From Balanoglossus misakiensis (Eukaryota; Animalia; Hemichordata): 64,000 nt of DNA. Location of the stretch: assembly GCA_040954595.2 (NCBI GenBank), contig CM082585.2:7527808-7591807 (forward strand). The letters run 5' to 3'. Shown one piece after another: positions 1-24,324 of this stretch. Both the position numbers and the translations under genes were made by a program. The notes under the pieces were generated by a model, which was not told the DNA's origin, made no database searches, and saw nothing but the letters and a program-made list of their open reading frames with translations. Within the stretch, counting starts at the first letter, position 1. Each line of letters starts with the position of its first letter.

Positions 1-3000
1 TTTTCTGGCGCAGTTCTTGTGTGAAAATTGTGTGATGGTAAAAGACGACTGGACATCGGATTATTTTGAATAACAGTCCGATGGAAACTTGTTTATTATC
101 TGTACGTATTTCTGTCGTCGTCTCGTACAAAGAAGCTATACACACCAACTTTTTCCCCCCCGTTCAGTGTGTGATACGGTCTCTCAAGTTTTCAGGAGTA
201 ATGACGTATAGCGGGCTATCACATTACACCCCCGTCTGTAGGAAGGTTTTTCTGTCCATTTATGTCGATAGTCCAGACTCCGCACGGTATTATTTTTAAA
301 CATTAACGGTGAAACCGATGCTGGCTGGGATTTGTAAGCGATTTGCCCAATCTGGGATGAGTGACCGGATCAGTATGAACACAGACGACCAGGGGAATCG
401 AGGAAGACTGAAAAAAAATAAAGTTGACTTAAACTCTGAGAGGTGAGAGAGCACGACCTTTGACCTCACAGCGTTAAAGTCCTGATGTAACCAACATCTT
501 AACGGTTCAACCTGTCAGTTTTCAAGCCCGGTGATTATTATTCCATTAAGCGTGATGCATTAACAAGTACAAAGGCAGTTACTGTATTAATCTTAAGGGA
601 GATGTTTTTTTTTTCAAGTTGGTAAGTCAGCATGTGATTTTCCCGACACTTGATTGATAAGTCATGGTCTGTCAGCCAAGGGTAAAGACCAGTACAAAAA
701 CACAAGATATACAACACATTGTCCTGTAAGGAAGTTGTATTGGAGATATTGTATCCTGTTGTATTTCCACATATGATAGATACTTCCTGTCAATATCCCA
801 GTATTGAATTGTGTGTATTGTTCGGGTCCAATATTAGGTGAAGTTTATTCCCTCTCTGTAAAAGCTGTCCCCTGTAAAGGAAAAGTTTTTCTGCAACTTT
901 TAAGATAAGACGTTTTCATGGAAAGAAGTCTGATTTTTTTTAGCACGTTCACTTTTATATGACTTTAGGTTTCCCTTGCGTACTACACACAATTTAATTT
1001 GCCCTTGTTGGTGATACTTTGCTTCTTGCAAACACCAGGAAATAGGCAATTGTCCCAAAGAGGCAAATAAAGATAGAATTTAAAAAGGTCAATCTCTGAC
1101 TGATACTCACTGTGTTTGTTAATACAGTTATAGAATCAGAACACAAAGGACATTTTCACATCAGGTTTGGGAAAAAACAATTTTGAAGAGTGTTGTCAAA
1201 CAGATTATAAATAATTGGTTGGCTAATAATTGGCCGAAGATTACCCTGATTATGTTTCTTTGAAATTCAAATGTAGATTCAATAAAATAGGTGCCTGTAT
1301 CAATTTATTTAACTGTCAAGTGTTTGTTCATTAGCATAATCAAAGAAACTCTTATGTGAGGATTTCTCACACAAGTAGGAGTCAGTCAAAAGCACACTTT
1401 GTCAGAGTGTGTTGTTAAAGTCGGCCAAATGTAGTAAGTTTGGTCAACCGAAAAATATGTGCCAAGTCGAGTAAATATTTCTACTAGAATGGAATTCCTA
1501 CCTGTCGTTTGTATTTCCCTTGGCCTGGGTCCTAGTACCAGTGTACTTGTATCATTGTATGCTTGTAAAATATTGTTATTTGCGAAGATTTACTGTGAGA
1601 AAGGTCACAAGGAGGGGACAGCTTATTTAGAAAAAAAAAGAATTTCAACAAACTATGGTGGAATTAAAGAAAGTGGACAATTAGTGGATGATTTAAAATA
1701 TAAAAAATAAAATGCTTGCTTTGACAAAGAAGAGTGGGAAATGTTAAAAATGTCAAGTTTTCTTGCGCAGAAAACAAAAGACTAAGCATTTCATATCTAT
1801 GTATTTATTTATAAAAAAGTTAAAATCAGCTGAGAAATGAAGTTCTTCTCTGAAGATAAAGCAGACAAAATTTCTGTGTTTGTGAGAACTTATATTCTGG
1901 GAAGAAGGGTTTTCTGATATATGGCGCGAGTACCCTGCCCTAAATGTGGTAAAAATGATCTAACGTCCCGTTTGTGATTTAAAGATGTCATGTCTCAAAT
2001 TTGACGCCAAGCGTTTGATGGTGGGCCATCATTTGTGTATCTCAGGCCACTTGTAGTTGTGTTAGTCTTAAACTTCAGTTACCGCGATAAGTAAATAAAT
2101 TTGCCACTTTGTTTGGTGAGCAATGTTTACCGACATACTTATTGTTCAAGGTCTTTCTGGGCAAATCAGGTTGAATTACCCCTCTCCCCCTACCCTATAA
2201 TCCCCCTCCCCCAAGTGGAGATGTCAGCTGAATGAATTATTTTTTCAAGTGTAAATTAGTATCAACCAACAGGGGAAAGAACCACAAGATTCTCATATAT
2301 CGGAATTAGTCAGTCGATTTTATGAGTAGTTCCTCTGTGATTGGTAATGTATTGTATTTGTCATCTTTTTCCACTCAACACGGACATCAGTCATAAACGG
2401 TAAAACCACTCCCCTTCTGGATAATTTTGTGGTTGTATTACCGTGAAACTGGATATTTTCGTGTTTTCACTTTTTGATTACGTGAACCTGTATGTTTGCA
2501 TTGCGCTTGGTTTGGGATATAATCTGCAGTGCCTGCACAAACCGTAGTTTTTTTTTACGACAGTGGGGAAACGCGAATGTGGGTAAAGCATATGGAAATG
2601 GGTCGTAATGTGGAACTTTTAATAGATTTTATTGCACACTTTATAGTGTAGTACCGGTTAACATCCACCTGTTAGTAGCGTCATTTCTTTTTTTTCTCAC
2701 TATCGTTCCTTGTGGAAGTTGTTCACCTTGCTGGCGGGATACGAAAAGAATTCCACATTTTCAGCTGTGGCTATGGGGTAGTATATTGGAGTTATTGCGA
2801 TGGAATTGTTAAATATTTCACTCAGATGGGCTTTTTAACTTTGTGAGAAGTCACATCCCAAATGCTAATGTCACTTGATGAATTGGGGAATATTGCTTCA
2901 AAAGTTCAAGTTAATTACTAATTAACTCTTACATAAATACGTCAATTAGCCAGGTTACAATACCCACAATACCAGGAATATGCTAATTGGCTAATTTGCA

Positions 3001-6000
3001 TATACACACTTGCCTGTGTTTACATATTGACATAAGGTAATCAGGATATGCAAGTTACAGGCAAGTGATGTCAAACGCAGGGTGGCCCTGGGATGGCTCT
3101 ATTGTTTGTATACGATTACGACCATTGTACGTTTTTAATTCATAGCCAAGGAACACTGAAATGACAACAATGCCAGGTGAAAATGTCAGCTGATGGTGAT
3201 TTTCTGATTTTAACTACATAGACAATGGATAGTTGCCACATTGCAATATGATTGTCTAAGGGACAGAGCTGTCACCCGTGTTAAAGATTACACGAAAAAG
3301 GCCTAACCCCGTATTTACCGAGTATTTCATGGTAATCTGTATTACAAGTGTCTTCTTCCTGTAGACATGCTGAAGGCACTGTAGGTAGACAAGATATGGA
3401 GAAGTTTATTGCATTGCTGGGGGACTGGAAGATATCACCAGACTGTCAAAGTCATGGACATTGGTAAAATAAATATTGTGGTACTTCCCAAAACAATACA
3501 CAGGCGACCTTGAACCTGATGTCTAATGTCTCTTTTATGGTATTGACTGATCTTGCTTGAATTAGGGGGGATGATATATTGACGTGAAGGGTTGGAGCTG
3601 AAACGTTGCCAACTTGTCAAAACTGTTATTGGCGACTTTATCATTCGTAATGTTTGTGTAGTTTGCTGTCTGATCTCTGCTAGCTGCCGGAGTGAGATTA
3701 GTCGAACATATGTCCTCGCTGTCCGAAGTCGTAAATTTTTGGATACAACTGAAATGGCCGTCCTTGACCGTGGGTTGGGGAGTCAGGGTGTCATAATCAA
3801 AGGGCGTGACCGCATTCAGAATATGGGCGAAAAAACAACACGTTTGTGACTTGTGTCAGTCGACTGAAAAGTTTACCACTGACTTCTGTGTCATGGACAT
3901 ATTTTTTTATTCCCATTTGCGAATCATTCTGTGTGTCTTGTTTTAGGTCTGCAGAAAGCTGTGACGAGTAATCTATGTCTTTTACGAGGAAAATTTATGT
4001 GGGTCAACAGGTCACGTTGGTTGTGTTGCGAATTGAGGTGGATCGTTTTTTTTACGACTTTGTGTTTGTTAACGTGGAAGAAGTGATCACAAATTGGATA
4101 TTGTCTTGATTTATCGCCAACCTCGATGGATGAAACAGTTATAAGTTTACAAGTTTGGACTAAAGTCGGGCCTTGTTTGAAAAAAAAATTTATCTGAGAG
4201 TCAGTGTTTTGTATCAGTAAGTTAGAGAGGATTGGTGTGCTTACCATTGGCAAGTTAGGGAGTATGGCTTTGATAGAAACAGTTGTGTACTCAGGGACTT
4301 CTCAAGGACATACTCGAGTAGGGAGAACACAGAAACAGTTTGAGATACTTGTTAAGTAGCAAGCCATCAAATATTACGAGACAATTTTCCATAAATTTGA
4401 TACTTTTATGATACATATATGAAAACTGACCTTCAGTGAAAAGGACAGTGTAATGTCAAACTCATTTCTCGTTTTCATCTCGGAGGATATTTTAGCAACA
4501 TGTCCAAGGAGGAAAGTTTTATTTTTCTTACTAAAGAACAAATGGTTTACCTGTAACTTTGTAGTATTGTGGTGTCGAACACTCATGTAATAAGAAAAAA
4601 AAATGGTTGTCAGGAGTATTGTCAATCAGATATTTTCGTAGCTTTCTTTTTGGAATAGATATAGCACTTTCATCAGAGGTGCACACAATGCTGGGATTTC
4701 GCAGTTCTAGTATTTATGACCGCCGCTGTCATCTGCATAAACGAACTCCACCCCTACTTCTCAGAGCTGAAAAGCATTGCAATCCGATCCCACCTAGCCC
4801 TCTGTGCCGGAGTGAACCGCGGTTTTGTCCGTGCGTGTTGGGTCCAGAAGGTGTAACCGGGGGGTCATCTCAGCTTGCAGGCTATTTATAGGTGTGTAAC
4901 TATGGGCCAGTGACAGACTACGCGTTCAGTCTGCCTGGTGTATTTATGCTGTCCAGTTGTCGTGGTTATGTCTCCAGGTGTCAGAGTTCAACCGAATCCC
5001 AGACACGACTGTCGCTCTTCAACGAGTTGTCACCAGAGGCCTATACCCAGGGTGAGGGGCCAAACTTCCCATCATGCACTTCATTGTCAATACTTACCTG
5101 GTACCCGCATGCAGGGTTTTGTTAATGTTTTCTAAAAACTCAGTGAAGTGTACTACGAAAAGAGGTTTTTATCAGGTGCGGTGCGGTCGTATAAAAGGGG
5201 TTACCGGTCAGCCGGCTAAAAGTAGCACAAGTGTGTTTGATTTAGTCGAGCCTTGACCTTGGCTCATTCAGGTTTGACCCAGAGCAGTGATGGCTTGTTT
5301 ACTCTGAGCCCTTGACGAATCGGAACAGCATCTAATAAAGTCCAATGGACGCAAGGCCAAGCTGCTGAAAAAACACGAACCAGAGCGGCCAAAAGCACAA
5401 GGCCAGTTCGAAAGTGGGGAATCGAGTCCACTTTCTTCCCCCAGGTTGTAACTGCAGTGGGCAGATATCAGTTCAGAAGTTTCTCAGGGGCAAAGTACCC
5501 CCACTGCGAGTAAACTTGCATCTCCTCAGCCAGGGTGAATAACTAACTACTATCGCACTTTCTTATAATGCTATCACACTTTCTTATTTTCTGTGTTACA
5601 GTCGGTCCAAGGCAAAAACAAGTGTGCGAAGGTGTAGTTATTGTAAAGCTATACTGTGTGTGGCCAAGCGAGATGATGTGACGGTCAAAAGCTGAAAAAT
5701 ATACAAATTTGCTTTCTCAGCCATATTGTAATCCTTTTGTTAAATAAATACAACTTGTGTAAACTTTGTGATAAAACCTATATTTTTGAGTAACATTTCA
5801 CTGATAAAGAGTTTGCTGTGTTTGTGGACACTGTGTATAAGTGTTGGCGAATTTTTCAGTTGTCATGATGAAGTACAAGGTTTTCTGGTGTTGTATACAT
5901 GGTCCCTGGAAACATTGGCCAGTTCCTCAGCAAATAACCTCAGTGGTACGGTTGATACAAGCCGGAGAAATTCTCGAATGAAAACCTGCAGATTTTTAGT

Positions 6001-7093
6001 ACGTTGCTGGTGTATAGGCAAGTTTACGAGTTCAATTCATTCTGGCAAGTTTTTTCAGAAAAAAATAACAAACCAGCAACTAAAACTGAACGATTTTCCC
6101 TGCTTTACAATCCAAAGTTACATAAGTTGAAACACACACAACAGTATACATGCACGTACCTGCATCAGTGAGGCTTTGGGAGAAATTTGAATAACAGATG
6201 ATGGTGAATAAACAATTAGTATGTCATTAAATTGGCTATAATGGGCCCTCAAAGGAAACTCAATAGGATACAATAATTACTAAGTGAGTGTTCTATATGA
6301 AGATAAGTGTTCAGTTTCTTGTAATTACATAAGATCATATGACAGGGGCCTCTTTCTGTTGTTAAGTTTATTATTTGGCTGTGTGTTTGTGATTGACACC
6401 CGTGAGTGGTTGGTTGTATCTTTGTTTTACCAGGATGTTGATTAGTCCATTGATGTGTGTATAATGTATAAGAACAAAGAAAGTTGGAATAATATAAGGC
6501 CCTGGTACCCTGTTCTGTGGAGAAGTGTCATTTCCAGCGTGGATCCGTTGATATGTGCTGGCACCTGGCTTTTCAAAATCCCAGTGCGGCGATTGCATCA
6601 GCTGGTTGTGTTTAGTTGAGGACGGCATGTGTGTCGAAGTCCTGTACACCCCTCTGCTTTGGTTGCACCCTGTTGTGTTGGATGATTTGGACCGTTCCAA
6701 GGGCGCTGAAAGAGGGGGGGGGGATTATTAAAAGTCGACATCAGAGAAGGGTGTCGTCGCATTTTCTTGTTATTTCCGCGGCAACTGGTGCTGGGAAGCT
6801 CAAGGAGTTTAAGACGTGCGTGAAGGTTGACGTCTGCTCCATTTGTGGCGAGGGTTGACGTGTTGTGCCCACAAGAACAGCGGGGGCTTCAGCGATGACA
6901 AGTCGACCTTTGACCCTGTTCACCTCAAAACCTCGCTTGAGTGGTTTCCAACTGGACGGATCGCTTGTTGCAGCCAGATCGAATCCACTCGGGTTTAACT
7001 GCACTTTGAGGGGAAGATTTTCAGAAAATAAAAATAAAATAAAAACATCCTTGAAATGGTCACGTTCTTTGCTTCATATAAGCTTGCAGAGAA

Positions 7094-7112
7094 ATTGGCA
7101 GCCATTTTGAAT
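7094..7112. repeat. 19-bp core ATTGGCAGCCATTTTGAAT, repeated exactly at 14029-14047; probable remnant of an interspersed element (contains YY1-like GCCATTTT)
   Basis: Identical 19-mers in two different YAP introns. Confidence 0.55.
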
Positions 7113-7331
7113 ATTGTTAAATTTGAGAGGTAACTACAGGTATATGCTGTGTCATTCAGAACTTTGCACGACAAGCCTTTCGCAGTTTTTATTTCAGTAC
7201 AAAAGTCTCGTATAATGAGGTAGACCAAACCACAACTCCTCAACACAGAATACCCCCCCCCCCCCCACAAAAAAAGGAGATATCTCTTGTTCTCTGATTC
7301 AGCATGATCTCGATTTCTGTTTTGTCTTCAG

Positions 7332-17349
<10,018 letters not shown>

Positions 17350-20300
17350 GAGACGGCGAAAAAAAAAATAATCATTACAAATCCCTTCAAAAAATTTTGC
17401 CAGAAGATTTCTCAACGCGTTTTTTTTATCTAACCATATCCATGATTAGAGAAGGTTGGCAACTCCATATCATCAAATAGTATCAGTTCTGTCCGTCAAA
17501 TCCAGAATTTTTAACTACACTTTCAGTGTCGGACATTTTTTTAAGGTTTTATAAAAATAAATTTTGAGGCAAGTCTTTTTGTAATCATGATTATCCAGAG
17601 TACAGTGACATAGAAATGTCCAAAATAAATTTTAGAAAAAAAACATTAAAAATGACTTCAATATATTTTTGACAGACCAGTTACATTTGAAGATAGAAAG
17701 CATTTGCTAACCTTTGCTAATCTTTGGTGATCAATAAAACAAGGCTGATGTCATAGCGTTGATTCCGTCTTCCAAATATACTATGATCAAATTTTTACCT
17801 CAGAATGGATTTTATTATCATTATATCAGTTGTTTTCGTCTAATGTTTGAACATATTTTTAGCTTTGTCGTCTTTATTTTTTAGCCAGAATTATTTTTTT
17901 TTTTTCAAAATGGTGGACTGGGCAGGGTCAGGGAGGTCATGTGACTTATGGCATATGATGTTGCATCTGTCTTGGGTTTTATCTATCCAGCTGTCTTAAC
18001 CATCAGCATAAATTTGTGGGGGGAATTCCAACCCTAGGGAGGTCAAAGGTCGCAGTATGGTTTGTCTGGGGTATATATACTTTCTGTGTTGAAAACTATA
18101 TGCAAAGTTGATTCAATAAACTATGCAAAAATGATGAAATACGTTATTTCCTTTTCCGAAATGCTCTCATAAGAATGGTAATTTTCTGTCGATTTATGTG
18201 TTCTTTCGTTTAGTAATCCAATCTTTTCAGTAATTGATTTTCCTATCCCGTGAAATCATTTTCCGGCCTTGATTAGGTTACATTGTTACCACTTTGCTGT
18301 GTGTTGTTGCATGCAAATTAATAGCCGCCAAGCGTAGACAATTATGCAAAGTTATTGCTGAAAGGAAAACAGCCTTGGATTCAGATTGTGATGGCTGTGA
18401 ATATCCTGAGAACACTAAAAATCTGAATCATAAAATTAAAAGGGTTGCAGAGACAGCTGGTCAGATGAACACAGGAGCTTTGCAATATGTCACGGTGTAT
18501 AATGTGTATATGTGACTTTGTAGATAAATAATTTTTTATAGATATTTTCCATTTTAGCCAAATGCAAGCAATATTAATTAATAATTTGTGTTAATTAAAA
18601 AGGACCAAAACATTCCCCATTTATAGTCTCCAAATCTCAAGAAAAAAAGTGGAGAATTCTGATAAATATGATATGCAAATTATCGTCCACATTGTGCCTT
18701 AAAATTTGTGTCTCCACTGCCAGATAATATTGAAAGCCACTTCAAAAAAAGTACTTTCATAGAGATTTCTCCATTTTGTCAATTCTTTCCCTCCCCTGAA
18801 GAAAAACAATTAGTCACAATTTGGGGAAAACATTTTTTGCCAGTGCTAGTGGTCCGTTATCAAACCAAGGACTAACGTGCCTTTGAATTTTAATAAGTAA
18901 TAACTTAGCAAAGCTTATCACAGATTGCACAGAGCAATCGGGTGAGTCACCATATTTTTCTACCAATACAATGTTTATCAATTATCTCACGATATCATTC
19001 ATGTATGCGGGGAAAAAAATCCTGACATATTGAAAGATATGATGGTGAGACTATATATCTTGTACAGTGAAATTATTCGAGGGGTCAGAGGTCGTGGAAG
19101 GCAGCCAATCACAGCAGAGCATGCTGCTTAAAGAGTTGCATGCTGGGAGTGAACGTTTCTGTGTAATTAAAATCAAACTCAATTGGTTGAATTTGATGAG
19201 ATGAACACCCTGAAAATATGGGGGCATACTCTTAAAGGAGTACAATCATCTCTAATTTACATATGCCCGTACATGGTCAAAATGTCTTCGAATGACCGTC
19301 TGTGATTGGCTGGACGCCAGCTTTCCACGGAAATGGTGGTTAAATTTGCATCTACCTTTTATAAAAAATGTATAGGACAATCTGCAGACAAAGCTTCAGT
19401 AGGCCATGTCTGGGTGACTGTTGCTAAAACGCAACCAGTGAGGGAGAAAGGAAAAGCTTATAGATTAATGCAACAAGTAGAATTCAGTGCAGGTCACGTT
19501 GCCTTTTAACATGTGCAGAATTTTTGTGTTTCTCCCCTTGGAATCTTGAAGTTCAGTTTATTGACAGCTTTTAACCTGTAATTTGTACTTTCTAAAACTT
19601 GAATTTTTTTTGTTTCATGATGTATAAGTTGCTGCATCTACTCTTTTCGCCTCCCAGGTTGATATGAATAATCAATTTCACTGTTTCTCTGTGTGTTGGT
19701 TTAATTCGGTCGTTTGCACAGCGTAAAGAAGGGACTTTTTTTCTCTCGAACATATGGTAAACTGTCATAGCCAGGCAAGGTGCCAGGCCAAGATGGAGAC
19801 CAGCTTTATGCTGACTACTTGGCTATAATTGGACGAGTCAAATTAAATCTCCGAGTTGGTCCGTCATTGGAAGGTCAGTGTTCTCAACTAACCACTTGGT
19901 CTGATATTTGATCTGCCCTGGTATCTGGCAGGCTGCTAGCAGGCAGCCCGAGCAGAAAACCTTCCAAAGGCCGACCGCGTCACTTTTATAATGGTTGCTA
20001 TCTTCGTTTTTTTTAATCACTCGGGCGGACAGCCGTGCCAAGCCCAAGGCCTCTTCCGAAAAGTTGTTATTGGGGTTTTGACGTCAATTGATCGGTTATC
20101 GTTTTTTATTCGAGTCGCGGAACGTCATCGCGGTCTTGGCAGCGAGTCAGGGCGTCCAAGTGTGTTATTAAACGGCCGAGGAAGAACCGAAGGACTTCTC
20201 GTAGTTGACCTCGTGGGGTCACCCTTTGTGCACCCGCAGGGCTTATAAAACAATATGACTTCTATATCAACTCTCCTAAGAACCCCTGCTTCTCTGATCG

Positions 20301-20914
20301 TAGAGAAAAACAGCTGTTGTAGCCTTCATTGGTTTAAAATGCTTATCTGTCAGAGAAACTGGTGGTGGACTGTGTTTTTCTGCGGCTAGGCTGGAAAGAG
20401 CATGGTGTATTAAGTGTTACGAGTCCTGCTGAAAATGTAGATACTTACGATCACTTGTTGATAAGTGATAAATAATAACCAGTGAAATCATCGAGAATGT
20501 TAGTCCTGACCTGAAAAGCTCTGCCCGTAATTTTTTTGCCAGTTTCTAAATCCAAACTCATCAAACCCTCAAGTCTGACAGGAAAAAAGAGTTCGGAATA
20601 TCTTGTTTCCAAATCGAGAATCTGCACATTAATAAGAGAAGTTTCACCGAAGTCACGTCGCCATGCTTTATTTTCGTCGTGTGGAAGGTGGTGCTATCAG
20701 TGGCTCGATGAGTTTCCATGTTTTTTGTCAAGTGTTTTTCACCATGAAGTGATGTACAAAGGGTGATTGGCTCCACCCTGGTTGAAGTTCACTGAGCACC
20801 CACAGACACTCTCGGCCCAAGCATACGCACGTACATGCATGTGATATGCAGCCACAGATACCCACCTAGATCAATAGATCATACATGTGTATGTATGTAC
20901 ATACATAGTGTCAC

Positions 20915-21046
20915 ACATACATACATACATACATACATACATACATACATACATACATACATACATACATACATACATACATACATACATACATACATAC
21001 ATACATACATACATACATACATACATACATACATACATACATACAT
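20915..21046. repeat. (ACAT)n microsatellite, about 33 units
   Basis: Read directly. Confidence 0.98.
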
Positions 21047-22304
21047 TAACAGTCATTTACAAACCAAATTACCATGGTGAAAATTACAGAGAACGATAGG
21101 ACTTGTAAATTAAGGAACCAGGTTTTCAAAGCGAAATTACTTTATTTTAAGAACACAGTCAAATTGGATTTGAATTGAGAGATAAATTAATTCTGAGAGA
21201 CAGAGAGGTCATAAATTCAGTCGTGATAGATTACGTGACATTTCTGTGAATAATTTGATATTGATCGTGAGTAGAGAGAGAATTACAGATAATGTTATCG
21301 AGTCACAGTACATCTGTTAAGGTGAAAAGAAAGATATAATTGAACGGCTTCAGTTATTTTTTCATGGCTTTTGCATAACCTGTGGAATAAATAATGTAGA
21401 TTTTTATTTTGTTAACTCCAAACCACGTCCACGCTAACCAGTCTTTAGTTTCACACCAACAGAAATTATTAATCTTATTCTGGTACAGGTTTGATTTGAA
21501 TCCAGTGGATGACTTTTCACACTTGGGAAGCCATCTTCGGTTTCAGACTTTTTTATTTAATTTGCACTAAGGGGGACGTATGTAAAACTCTTGCAAGAGT
21601 GACAGGCAGGAGGCAGAGTGGTCATTTAGACTTAAGACAGGATCACAAAAATACATTCTGTTGCTTTTTGCCTCCTTCAGGAAAAACAAAACATTTGTTA
21701 CTTAATATTAGCATCAATTGCTTTCTCTTATGCATGGGAATTTTCATTGAATTTGCTGTCTGTTAAAACACCTTTATTTTTATTTTTTTGCAACAGACTT
21801 ATAATTATATTATTACCAAAGCAAATAAAACCCCATGTAATATAGATTAGGACAGCAAATTGCCAAAGACATATATGAATATGCTAATTTCACTCAATTG
21901 TAATTTTAAAAGCATGGACATGTTTGTTGTTTTAGTTGGATTAGTTCAGTGGATTTTATATATATTTCTGTTTTTGTTTATTTTGATTTTTTTTTTTTTT
22001 TTGAATTTTAAAATTCTGGTTCATGTATGTTTCTGATGCGATACACAGTCACATGGTGTCATGGAGTTTCTCTGCAGGAAAACGAAGTTTGTAAATAAAA
22101 TGAAACAGCATTCTTGTGTAAGCAGTCTACTTTTTGTAGTCATTTCTTCACTCACATATTCTTTAAGGTAGTACAAACCTTGGAGACATATTTTCAGAAT
22201 ATTGATAATCCTCAAAACCTCCCCATTCTTTGCTATTTTCAATTAATTTTAAATCATGCAAGGAGTCTGTTTGAACCAGACTATTCATAGGCGCGTGTCG
22301 TTCC

Positions 22305-22357
22305 CTCTCTAGAGGGCGCTATTTATGACTTCTGTTTTTAGCGATGACCTTTGACCT
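22305..22357. promoter_or_regulatory. CTCF-like motif (CTCTCTAGAGGGCGCTA) followed by a perfect DR1 nuclear-receptor element (TGACCTTTGACCT, 22345-22357) between YAP and the MOGAT pair
   Basis: Motif matches by eye at the edge of a CpG-rich stretch; function is inferred only. Confidence 0.4.
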
Positions 22358-24324
22358 TCCTTCATTGACCCAAGAGCGACACAATCAGCTGGAAACGCGA
22401 TAAATTGCGTTGAACGACAGGTTCGCTACTGAACGACCGCTTTAGATTTACCAAGCAAGTCGACGTCGCCGCGTTCGTCTCGGGTATTGGTGATTAATTT
22501 GATTACTGAACTACGTGTAGGGTAATTTCATTCGAATTTTATCATATTGAACGACCAATCGTCATCACTGCATCATCAGCTCGCTTCCGGGTTCCTTCCA
22601 GGCGGTGGGAGTTAGCCTCCGCTCTCCTGTATAGGTCGCCGTTCTCTGCTGTGGCCGAGATTCGGTGACAGCAGTTTCGTCTCGGGTTGTACCATGAGAA
22701 AGTAAGTATATAGGTACACCGAGTGTCTGTAGTGTGTTCAACTGCATAATATCTATACCTATGTTGTTGATGTTGACATGACGACATACATGATGTAATG
22801 TATTGAGCTTCTTTCGTTTTCAGGTGTCGAAACCCAGCTCGGCAATGGCGCTGTAGCGCGACACGATCACTGTTTTTTAATATCACTATTCCGGGTACTG
22901 TGATAAAGCAAGACACATTTTAATATCGTAATGTTGCTGTTATGTAGTCCAGTACATGTACAGAAAAGACTAGCAAAGCGTATGCAACTGCAACCGTACG
23001 TACGTGCGTGCATAATTATGCAAATTTGCAAAACCATGGTATAGGCCTATATAAGCAATAGCGATGATGCGTGCGTGACGATGCTGTAGTGCCTGTAGCA
23101 ACAGCAATATGCTGGTATCTACCTGGGCCCATCGTGCTTTAATTTTAGTAACAAACGGAGGAAGTTAGTTCAAATGGTGACAGGTTATAGACAATATTTC
23201 GCTCACTCAAACCACATCGTCGCCCGTATTTGCTATGCAGAAGTCAAATGGTTTACGTGTAATCATTATTTCGGAAGCGTTATCTTATTTTTTACCGGTG
23301 AGTTTTCAAACCTCGACTCGTACCGATTAGATTACAGTTTGAACTGTATTGTTCACAATTCGATAAACCACTGTATAGGCCTAGTTGGGCATCTATCGCA
23401 GGAGCCAGGAGTTTATTTATTGGTATGTGTGTTACCAGCGTCGAAAAGACTTATTGTGACATGAATTATATGCCAAAATATGTTCATTAGAATCAATTTT
23501 ATCAACCTTATCTCGCCGAGATTTATTCAAATATCAGTACTAGATATGGATCTTGCGCAATGTACACAAATAATCTGTACCAGTTGCATAGAGGTATTAA
23601 TAAGGCCAGGTCATGGAATAAAGTATGTCGACAATTAGACTAAAGGTCGACTTTGGCGTGTTGCGCTCTCTCTCGAAACTTAACCGGGCGGGCGAATCGG
23701 GTGAGTAAGCTAGCGATATTTCTAGCTCTGTTGTCTGCACGCCAGGCTTAAGAAAATAGACAGAAGATCGGCGAAGGAGGTGAAATCGCGTGTCGGAAAG
23801 TATCGGCCGTCGCCGATGGTCGTAAACCGAACTTTTCGCAATAACACTGTAGCTGTCCCCTAAAAATATTTGACCGCGTTTGGAGTTACGAAAAAATTTG
23901 ACCCAGCAGGTTCATATGAGTGAGAGAACTTTTTTGAACCCAGAGTTTTCATACCGTACTGACAACAGTTCGTATCAAACTTGAGATTTAGGGTACCTTT
24001 AACTGTTGATTAATCATTCAATGTTCAAATGTTTTACCGTAATGTCTCGTTGAATTCAGGTTTCGAGTCGATGTTCAGTTGTTTACGAACTCTTTTCCAA
24101 ATGGCGACCTTTGTTCCCCATCGGTATAGTGTATAGGCGCATTCTACTTTAAGTGTGTCGGGCAACGGTTGGAGAGCGTAATAAAATTCGTCGCTTGCAT
24201 TTTCCGTTTCTTTTTTATGCTGTATATGATGGTTTTGAAGCCTCTAGTCAGGTATCATTGGAGTAACAGTTTTCTCGATTTTTAATACCGACCGTACATC
24301 TCTCTTGCCCTGCAGACGTCCACG

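Noticed and set aside
1-7331. Many short ORFs in the first 7.3 kb
   Set aside because: No recognisable domains or coherent splice chain; consistent with the large YAP intron that interrupts WW1.
20835-21099. HTYI / MYVC repeat ORFs
   Set aside because: Translations of the (ACAT)n microsatellite.
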